From Saprolegnia diclina VS20 (taxonomy: Eukaryota), in contig NW_008246086.1 in assembly GCF_000281045.1 (NCBI RefSeq), positions 112,513-176,512 of the forward strand: a stretch of 64,000 nucleotides of DNA, given 5' to 3'. The stretch's first letter is position 1; the number at the start of each line of letters is the position of its first letter. The position numbers were made by a program, and so were the translations under genes. This document shows, piece by piece, positions 32,229 through 41,800 of this stretch. The notes below the pieces were generated by a model. That model made no database searches. It was not told the DNA's origin and saw only the letters and a list, made by a program, of their open reading frames with translations.

Positions 32229-34622
32229 ATGGACCGCCGAAGCTCTCGTTCGTCGTCGCGGTCGAGCTCGAGCTCGCGCAGCCCGAGTGCTCGTCGTGGC
32301 AACGGAAAGCGCCGTAGTAGCTCCCGCAGTCCGAGTGGTCGCCGTGGTAAGCGCCGTAGCCCATCGCGCAGCCCAAGCCCGCGCCGTGAGAAACGTCGCA
32401 GCGCGTCCCGCAGCCCTAGTGGCCGTCGTGGCCAGCGCGGTAGCCCGTCGCGCAATCTTAGTCCGCGTCGCGAGAAGCGTCGTAGCCCATCGCGCAGCCC
32501 GAGCCCGCGCCGTGAGAAGCGTCGCAGCCCGTCCCGCAGCCCTAGTGGGCGCCGTGGTAAGCGCCGTAGCCCGTCCCGCAGCCCAAGCCCGCGCCATGAG
32601 AAGCGTCGCAGCCCATCGCGCGACCGTTTTCGTCGGAGAAGTCGTTCGAACGACCGGCGTCGGCGTGGCCGATCGCCGTCGCCGCGCCACAAGCGTCCGC
32701 GCAGTCCCAAGCGCAGTGCTGAGCGCAACCAGCGCCGGAAAGCGTCCACGAGCCCCCGTCGCCCGAGCCCGAGCAAGCGGTTGAGCCCTCCGCTGCGGTC
32801 GCGTGGGAGCCCGCGCAAGGCGGACAAGGAAAACACGGCGTCGACGAATACCGCCGAGGCGCCGACCAAGAGCCGCACGATCGACATTCTCACGAACGAC
32901 ACCAAGCGCGGCCGGACGGGCGGCGTCTACATCCCGCCGTTCAAGCTTGCGCAAATGAAGAAGGACGAGATGGACAAGTCGTCGCAGGAGTACCAGCGCA
33001 TGACGTGGGACGCGCTCCGGAAGAGCATCAACGGTCTCATCAACAAGGTCAACGTGTCCAACATTGCCAACATCCTCCCGGAGCTCTTCCAAGAGAACCT
33101 CGTGCGCGGCCGCGGCCTCCTCGTGCGCTCGATCATGAAGGCGCAGTTGGCGTCGCCCGGCTTTACCCACATTTACGCGGCGCTTGTCGCCGTCATCAAC
33201 ACCAAGATGCCCGAGAACGGCGAGCTCCTCTTGAAACGCGTCGTGCACCGCTTCCGGCGGGCGCTCAAGCGTGGCGACAAGGTCGTCGCGATTGCGCTCG
33301 TGCGCTTCATTGCGCATCTCGTCAACCAGCAGGTCGTCGAAGAGCTCCTCGCGCTCGAAGTGCTCACGTTCCTCTTGACGAGCCCGACCGACGACTCGGT
33401 GGAAGTCGCCGTCAACTTCACAAAGGAGTGCGGGCAAATGCTCAACGAACTCTGCCCGGAAGGTCTCCGCGCGATCTTTGAGCGCTTCCGTGGCATCCTC
33501 CACGAAGGCGAGATCGACAAGCGCGTCCAGTACACGATCGAAGGACTCTTTGCGATCCGGAAGGGCAAGTTTGCCGACTACCCAGCGGTCCACGAGCAGC
33601 TGGATCTGGTCGAGGCCAACGACCAGATCACGCACCAGATGGGTCTCGACGACGAGGTGGATGTCGAGGACAAGCTCGACATTTTCCGGTTCGACCCCGA
33701 CTTTGAAAAGAACGAGCGCATGTGGAAGGAAATCAAGAAGGAGCTGCTCGGCGAAGATTCTGAAGCCGAAGACGGCGACGACGAGTCGGGCGACTCGGAC
33801 GACTCGGACGATGAGGATGCGACCGACGCGGCGCCGACGACGCTGCAGATCCACGACTTTTCCGAGCAGGACCTTGTGAACCTCCGCCGTACGATCTACC
33901 TCACCATCATGTCGAGTGTGAGCCACGAAGAATGCGCGCACAAGCTGCTCCGGCTCAACATTCGTCCCGGGCAGGAAGTCGAGATCTGCGGCATGCTCAT
34001 CGAGTGTTGCTCGCAGGAGCGCACGTACTTGCGCTACTACGGTCTCCTCGGGCAGCGCTTTTGCCTCATCCAGCGCGAGTACCAGAACGCGTTTGACGAT
34101 GCGTTCGCCAAGCAGTATGCGACGATCCACCGCCTCGAGACCAACAAGCTCCGGAACGTCGCCAAGTTCTTTGCCCATCTCCTCTTCTCGGACGCGCTGC
34201 CGTGGACGGTCTTTGAGTACATTCGCCTGAGCGAGGAAGAGACGACGTCGTCGTCCCGTATCTTTATCAAGATCCTCTGCCAAGAGCTCGCGCAGCACCT
34301 CGGCGTCGCCAAGCTCAAGGAGCGCTTCATGGACGAGTTTATGGCCGCGACGTTCAGCGGGCTCTTCCCCAAGGAAAACCCGCGCAGCATGCGCTTTGCC
34401 ATCAACTTTTTCACGTCGATTGGCCTCGGCGGGCTCACGGTCGAGCTCCGCGAACACCTCAAGAACGCGCCCAAGGCCATCATGAACGCGCCGGCGCCGT
34501 CGTCGGACGACAGCAGCTCGGACAGTTCGTCCTCGGGCCGCAAGTCGTCGTCGTCGTCGGGGTCGTCGTCGTCGGGGTCGTCGTCCAGCGACAGCAGCTC
34601 CGACTCGAGCGATTCGGAGTAG
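32229..34622 (+). CDS. CWC22: Pre-mRNA splicing factor Cwc22 (RS region, MIF4G, MA3)
   Basis: GGVYIPPFKL, YQRMTWDALRKSINGLINKVN, LRRTIYLTIMSS, TTSSSRIFIKIL, RFAINFFTSIGLGGLT. Confidence 0.96.
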   Translation: MDRRSSRSSSRSSSSSRSPSARRGNGKRRSSSRSPSGRRGKRRSPSRSPSPRREKRRSASRSPSGRRGQRGSPSRNLSPRREKRRSPSRSPSPRREKRRSPSRSPSGRRGKRRSPSRSPSPRHEKRRSPSRDRFRRRSRSNDRRRRGRSPSPRHKRPRSPKRSAERNQRRKASTSPRRPSPSKRLSPPLRSRGSPRKADKENTASTNTAEAPTKSRTIDILTNDTKRGRTGGVYIPPFKLAQMKKDEMDKSSQEYQRMTWDALRKSINGLINKVNVSNIANILPELFQENLVRGRGLLVRSIMKAQLASPGFTHIYAALVAVINTKMPENGELLLKRVVHRFRRALKRGDKVVAIALVRFIAHLVNQQVVEELLALEVLTFLLTSPTDDSVEVAVNFTKECGQMLNELCPEGLRAIFERFRGILHEGEIDKRVQYTIEGLFAIRKGKFADYPAVHEQLDLVEANDQITHQMGLDDEVDVEDKLDIFRFDPDFEKNERMWKEIKKELLGEDSEAEDGDDESGDSDDSDDEDATDAAPTTLQIHDFSEQDLVNLRRTIYLTIMSSVSHEECAHKLLRLNIRPGQEVEICGMLIECCSQERTYLRYYGLLGQRFCLIQREYQNAFDDAFAKQYATIHRLETNKLRNVAKFFAHLLFSDALPWTVFEYIRLSEEETTSSSRIFIKILCQELAQHLGVAKLKERFMDEFMAATFSGLFPKENPRSMRFAINFFTSIGLGGLTVELREHLKNAPKAIMNAPAPSSDDSSSDSSSSGRKSSSSSGSSSSGSSSSDSSSDSSDSE
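32275..32625 (+). repeat. Coding 42-bp minisatellite (14-aa RS repeat, ~8 copies) in CWC22
   Basis: Units SPSRSPSPRREKRR / SPSRSPSGRRGKRR. Confidence 0.85.
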
Positions 34623-35174
34623 GCACCTGTCTCGAATCTTGCCCGCCATAATACTGTGTTTTCTCTACGCGTCACCTGTCTTGCCTCAGTGTTTGGCTCT
34701 TGTCGCCCGTCTCTGGCAGTGCAGTCATCGGCCAAGTCCGTGCACATACTAGGCAAGGGCAGCGCACGCTGGCCCACGCTCTTGCCCCGCTTCGCTCGCT
34801 TGCCCATCATGCTACGCCCTATTTGTTCTTATTTCGACCGCCAAGATATGGGATACGTGGACTCTGTGATGACGATTACTCTAGTCCGACGACGACTACG
34901 CTGTCGCAGGTCGATGACGTTGGACGCGGAAGCCGTCATCATCATCCTCTTCATCGTCATCGTCATGCGCCGGCATCGCTGGCGGCCATGGGCCATAGCT
35001 CCTGCAGCTCGTCCGCAGCCAGTCGCACCTGCTGCCTGTCGTACGAGGTGAAACGCATGGCTGGATTTAGCGGCGTCCGGATGCGGCCGTGGGTTTCACC
35101 ATGGCGGGTTTCGCGAAGCAAACTATTTTCGAATTCGCTCGGTCCTGGTCGCATCTTCAGATCGCTGTCATCAG

Positions 35175-36597
35175 ATGGAGGAGAAGTCGCGACGCCCCGA
35201 AGGTACACGAAGGCTAGCCGCGCCGGACGACCTTGACGCTTCCGGTGCATGTAGACACGCCCTTCAAGCAGCAGAAGCTCAAGGCGTGGCAGCCGATTCT
35301 GACGCCCAACTGGGTCATTGGCACCTTCTTCGTCGTCGGGCTCATCTTTATCCCGATTGGCATCATCCTCCGCGTCGAGTCGGACCGCGTACGTGGCGTT
35401 TTGACTGGCCGAATGATACTGATCGGGATGGGGCGTAGGTCGTCGAGTACTCGATCCAGTACGACGGCGCTGGTGCGCTCACGGCCGCGAACGGCACGCA
35501 AGGCGGGCGGTACACGGTCTTGAACACGAACGGGTCGCCGGGCTGCCAGCTCGCGAAAGAGTCGGACGGCAACCAGTTCGATCTCTCGGCGCACAGCTGC
35601 ATCCTCCGCTTCACGCTCGACCAAGACATGAAGGCGCCCATCTATGTCTACTACCAGCTCGACAACTTTTACCAAAACCACCGCCGGTACGTCGCGAGCC
35701 GCAGCGACGAGCAGCTCCGTGGCACGCAGCCCGCGTCGCTCTCGGACTGCGACCCGATGGGCTCGTCGCCCAAGAACACGCCGCGGTACAGCTCGCTCAC
35801 CAACTCGACGCCCGACGTCGGCACGTGGGCGCTCAACCCGTGTGGGCTCATCGCCAACAGCATGTTCAACGGTACTCGTCCATCTCGCTCTCGCGTCATG
35901 AGCTCATGGCGCCAGTAGATATGTTTTGGATCAACAGCATCACGACGCCGTCGGGGACGCGCTACATGCAGACCGACATGTACCCGACGCCATCCTCGGC
36001 GACGGTCGAGGTCGTCAACCTCATGCAGCAAACCGGCATTGCGTGGCAGTCGGACATTGACGCCAAGTTTGACAACATTGCTTCGAGCCAGCAGCTGCCG
36101 AACGAAATGTATCTGTGGCAAAACCCCAACTACCGGTACATCATCCCGAAGAAGGTGGGCGAACCCCGCATTCTGAACGCGACCGCGTGGACGACGCCAA
36201 CGTCGACCGCGTTCGGCGTCAAGAGCGAGCACTTCATCGTGTGGATGCGCACGGCCGGCCTCCCCAACTTTCGCAAGCTCTACGGGCACATTGAGAACGA
36301 CCTGCCCAAGGGCACGACGCTCGACTTTCTCGTCTCGTCGAGTACGTCGTCTCGACTCGTGTCATCTGTACTCATGTCAATGGAGTAGACTTTGTTGTCA
36401 ACAGCTTTGAGGGCAAAAAATCGCTCGTGCTGTCAACAACGTCGTGGTTTGGCGGCCGCAACCCGTTCCTCGGCATCGCGTACATCACCGTCGGCTCGCT
36501 CTGCATGGTGCTCTCGATCCTCTTCTTTGCCAAGCACAAGCTGTCGCCACGCAAGCTCGGCGATACGCGATACCTGGTCTGGAAGAACAACCAGTAG
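35175..36597 (+). CDS. CDC50/LEM3/ALIS P4-ATPase flippase beta subunit, copy 1
   Basis: [69 protein letters not shown]; 4 introns. Confidence 0.93.
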
Positions 36598-37122
36598 CGA
36601 GAGCCACCACCACCCTTACATAAGACGATTCATTCAATACAATAACTGCACAGATTGGTGCGCGACCACGCCGCCGAGAGACCCGACGCGACCATTGCCA
36701 TTGCCATGCTAGACGTGGCGATACGAACCCAGAGTGTGGTGGCAGAGGTCGTCTCGCCGCACGGGTCGGGTCGTCTCGCTGCACGGGTCGCGGCGCTGGC
36801 TGGTGGGATGCAGGTAGCCACGTCAGAGCTACGACGCCGCAAGGAGACGTGCAAGGCTTTGCAGCGGCTCCGGAACCCGCCGCCATGGGACATGCTCACC
36901 TCGCATCATCACTTGCTCGTCGAAGGCAGAGGTCGAAGTTGGCTTGCCACCGAGGCAGCAGGAAAAATATGTTTTTTATTTCATTCATGCTCTCTATATA
37001 CAAACATAAAGTGATAAAAAGAGATGACCGGCGGAGATCGAAGTTCGAAGCCAACCGACTCGAAAAGCGGGCAGTAATTTTCGACGGGAAGGGCAGGACG
37101 CGGACGACCTGGACACTACGCG

Positions 37123-38508
37123 ATGAGCAACACGGACGCCGAGCACTCGAAGCGGCCCGACGGTACGGGCGCCGCCGGTTCCTAGGACGCTTATGCAACG
37201 ATCGAGGCTAGATACGCCGTTCAAGCAGCAGCGCCTGAAGGCGTGGCAGCCGATTCTGACGCCCAACTGGGTCATTGGCACCTTCTTCCTCGTCGGGCTC
37301 ATCTTCATCCCGATCGGAGTCTTCCTCTTTGAAGAAAACAAGAACGTACGTGCTGAGACTACGACGCCTCGTGATGCTAGAGGCGTAGATCGTCGAGATG
37401 TCGCTGCAGTACGATGGCGTCAACATGCACACGCCGTCGGCCTCGGACGGCGTCGCGCTTCAGAACGTGAGCGCGAATGGCTGCTACCTCAAGAACGCCA
37501 AGGAAGGCGACGCGTTCAACCTCACCGAGCACGGCTGCGTTGTCCAGTTTACGCTGCAGGAAGACATGAAGGCGCCCATCATGGTGTACTATCAGCTCGA
37601 CAACTTTTACCAGAACCACCGCCGGTACGTCTCATCCCGGAGCGATGCGCAACTGCGTGGCGATCCTGTGGTACATCCCATCTCGACGTGCACGGGCTCG
37701 GCTGGCATCACGGGTGTCAAGTACAACTCGACCGAGGACCTCGCACCGGGCGCGCCATCCGCGTTCTACCGCTTCAACCCGTGCGGCCTCATCGCCAACA
37801 GCCTCTTCAACGGTACGCAAACACACCTCCTAGGGCCCATATCTCATGTTGTCTCAGATCTCTTTTGGATCAACTCGATCACGACGCCGGACGGCAAGTA
37901 CCTTGGCCAAACCGACACGTACAAGGGCAAGGAAGTCGTCAACCTCATGGAGCAGTCGGGTCTTGCGTGGCAGTCGGACATTGAGACCAAGTTTGAAAAC
38001 CCCAAGACGCTCTCGAGCGACGACATGATGCTGTGGCAAAACCCCAAGTACCGCTTTGTGATTCCGTCGCGTCTCGGCCAAGAGCGGATCCTGAACGTCA
38101 CGGGCTGGACGGCGCCGACGCCGCTCTATGGCGTCGAGACGGAGCGCTTCATCGTGTGGATGCGCACGGCCGGCCTCCCCAACTTTCGCAAGCTCTACGG
38201 CAAGATCAACACGGACTTGCCCAAGGGCACGGTGCTGCGCTTCCTCGTCTCGTCGAGTACGTTGCCCATGCTGCTATAAGCGATCACGTATGTATGTAGA
38301 CTTTGCGGTGACGCCGTTTGAGGGCAAGAAATCGCTCGTGATCTCGACGCTGTCGTGGTACGGCGGCCGCAACCCGTTCTTGGGCGTCGCGTACATGGTC
38401 ATTGGCTCCATCTGCATCGTGCTCTCGCTCATCTTCTTTGCCAAGCACAAGATGACACCGCGCAAGCTCGGCGATACCAACTACCTCGTCTGGAAGGCCA
38501 AGAACTAG
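37123..38508 (+). CDS. CDC50/LEM3/ALIS flippase beta subunit, copy 2 (tandem paralog)
   Basis: Same motifs and intron positions as copy 1; [20 protein letters not shown] start. Confidence 0.93.
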
Positions 38509-38871
38509 GCTAACTACTACTACACCACCACCGACCTTACGCACTCTACTGTCCTACATCGCCCTAGTCTCGTCGATGCACACTCGGCATTTCTTAGTTG
38601 GGGCTGAGTCACTCCTCATCACATAAGCCCCAGCTTCAATTCCCGGCGTCCGTATCGCGCCAGGCAAATTTGTATTCCCTTGTTTCGCCCTCCCTCGAGG
38701 CTCCCACCGAGCAGCAGCCTCTCGCAAGTCGGACACCTCGGGCAATGGCCCAACATAGTACTGTAGAGTTGCTGCACAAGCAACTCTGTGGAAGCTATTG
38801 TCTTGGCCAACCTTTGTTTCCTCGTACGTTTTTCGGTTTGAGAAGCGTAACGGGAGCTTCGGCCTTTGCGC

Positions 38872-41800
38872 ATGCGCATCGCGCCCGACACGTCCTTGGT
38901 TGATGTGGCGGCGCCTCGGCATTCTGCAAGGCGCCACCTTGTCGGCGTGTCTTATGCCTGCGCCTGCCTCGTCGTGGGCGTATGCTTCAACAGCCTCGCG
39001 CATGTCTACCTCGAGACGAGTCCGTTCTGGCCGTCGTTCCAGTCGCAGTACACGGCGCCGTGGCTCGCTGCGCAGCTGCGATCGCACTTGGTACTTGGCC
39101 CGACGTGGCCGGACCTCGACGTCACCGCAGTCGGCGTCGCTGCATCTGATGCGATGGGCACGCCACCGGCGTACGCTCGGCAGCTGATGTACGACGACTT
39201 GACGTCGCTCGAGGCAGCCATCGCGGGGCTCTGGCGACTCGAGAGCAGCCACTTGTCAATGATACTGTCGGGCTACTGCTGGGCCGACTTGCAGCGGCGC
39301 TGGGCGCTCGGGCACACAGCGCGCCGTCAAGCGCGCTGCGAAACTGCGTACGTCGCTAACGCCGCCGTCTACTTGGAAGCGATTCTGCGCAATGTGGCCG
39401 ACGTGCAGGCGTGGAATGACGTGGCACGATTTGAGAGCACGATTGCGTTGCCGATTGCGTCAACATTTGAGGACGGCGCCGCCTGGGTCGACTCGGTCTA
39501 TGCCCACGCGAGAGCACCGAGCATCGAGGAGGAAGCACGCGTGTGGCGAGCGCACGGCTGCCGCACGTTTGTGCTGCAGTGGGCCAACCGAATCCAGGTC
39601 GGCGTCTTCGAGACCATTCAGCTGCGCAACGCGCTGGGCATGCGCCAGCCGTTCACGCTGCACGCACTGCCGTCAACGTTGATGAGCATGGCGTGGACGT
39701 CGTTGTACCTCTTTGCGGGTCTCTTCAATGACTTTAACGCACTCGCCGCCGGCAACCTCAGCCTCGTCCGCACGACGCCGACGTTCTTTGGCCTCTCGCA
39801 GCCCGACCTGATTGAAGACTTTAACGCGGGGTTGCCGCTCCCAATACTCTACCAGGTCCTCCACGACCGCATTGGCCCTCTCGGGTCCATCGATCTCTAC
39901 TGGGTCTCCGTCCCAGCGTCGGTAGCCGAAGCGGTCGCAGCGTTCCGCGCAGAGACTGACATGCTACCCATGCCGTCGCTCACACTGCGCCCGACACCGC
40001 TGCACTGGCAAGATCCCGCGCTGCGCTTCCATGGCGGCAACCCCATGTGCATGATGGGCAACCCGTTGCCGTACGTACGAGAAGCCTTTGGCTTTGACGA
40101 TGCTTGCGCGAGCTTAGCACCGGTGACGATCACGCTCGATCCGCTCAACAGCCTTTTTGGACTCTGGATGACGCAGACGCCGGACGCCGCGTGCTCGTCT
40201 GTTCTCGATACCACTGACGGTCGTGCCTGCGTAGCATTCCTGCAGTCGCTAGCACCGTCTCTGCGCCGTCTGCCGCCGGTGCACGCCGACCTCGACGCCG
40301 TGTTCGCACATCTCAACCTCTCGCTTTTGCAGTATGTTGACTTCAATCACACGATCACCCTTGATCTGCAGCCGCTCTTGGGGCAATCCTGGGCGTTCTT
40401 TGGGTGGACCATGGTCTACGACTGGGCCATGCGCCGACGCGAAGTGGTCTCGTTCCAAGGCGACGAGGGCTCCATGCACCTTCTCTCAGCGGAGTATGCG
40501 CCCATTCCCAACGCCAACACCATCTCGACACCAACCGCATGGGTGTACTACGTCAGTGTCAGCAACTGGGCCTTTAGCGCCGGTCTCATCGCTGTGTTTT
40601 GCCTCTGCTTGCGTTACGATTGCTGTCAGCAATCGTCGGCGACCTGGTGGCGCTTTCCACGGCTGGTGTCGTCCGTGTACCTCAACCGAGGCCTCGTGAG
40701 CCTGCGCAGTCTGATTGCGATTGTGTGCTTGGCGACGGCTCCCGTGGTACCCCGCGCTGAAGACGGCGCCACCGCCCTTGTCTTTGAACCGCGCTCGGTG
40801 GTGGCCTCGAGCATCTTGGCGATCGAAGCGACGTGGGTGCTCTACTGCGTCTACGACATGCTCCACCCGATCCTCAGTCACCGCACCAACACGCGCGCGG
40901 CGTGCAGCGCCGGTGCTGCGGTGCTCACCTTGCTTGCCATTGACCAATTCGCACCCGTCCACGTGTTGACGCAGCTGCGTCGATCCTGCGACTCGGTCAA
41001 CATGGACACGATGATCTATTGCACCAGCGGCGTCGTGGCCATTGGTGACGCGTCGCGCAGCCTCGTGCTCGGCCTCGTCTTGCTCGCGTCGGTGGTTCTC
41101 GGTAGCATGCTTCCGCTGTCGGGGAGGGCCGATGTGCGGTGTATCCCAAACCTCGCCGTTCCGCTAGCGCTGGTCTCCTACCAGGACCCGACGCTGCGCA
41201 ATAGCACGTTTCTCGATCCTGCGACCGCGGCCATGAGCGGTCTCTTCCGCCTCTCGCCAGCTACCGTCTTTGACATCAAGCTCTGGCGACCACTGCCCCT
41301 TGCCGACGACGTGCAAGTCCGAGGGACCCTGTTGCCGCATTGCTCAAGTTTACAGCCTGTCGACTGCTGTATGCAAGAACTCGGTGTGCCCGTCACTTGG
41401 CGACGCTGCGAGCGAATTAGTCTGCTTCTCTGTGGCCTCGGCTTTCTGACCACGTCGCTGGTTGGGAACGTCCTCTACTTGCAGCGCGCCGAGATGTACT
41501 TGGCCAACGACTATGGCTGGGCTGACTTCAATTCGACGGGCGCCCGCACGTGGCTCGGTAACCTCTTTAACGAAGCGCTGCTCTCCACCAACTCGGCCAG
41601 CAACATCCTCGTGGATGGCACCAGCAACGGCACCATTGCGCAGCATTACAATGGGTCGTCGACCGTGCTACTCTGGGCCGACGGCATGGCGCGGCGAGCG
41701 CACTACCGGCATGACACTCCTTTAGCGGAGATCATCGTTGGTCTGCGGGCCATGGACCCGTGCGTGCTGCCGTGGATGTTTACACAGTACTGCTACCTTG

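Noticed and set aside
32196..34649. 817-aa antisense ORF opposite CWC22 (likewise 58604-60064, 27772-29046, 22969-23883, 2029-2964, 53846-54835)
   Set aside because: Shadow ORFs: GC3-biased sense codons rarely give stops on the reverse strand; translations are low-information V/L/E/R-rich text with no motifs.
34650..35060. Possible small minus-strand gene between CWC22 and CDC50-1 (also 36630-36899 and 47477-47758)
   Set aside because: No consistent spliced frame or recognisable motif; cannot be supported without RNA data.
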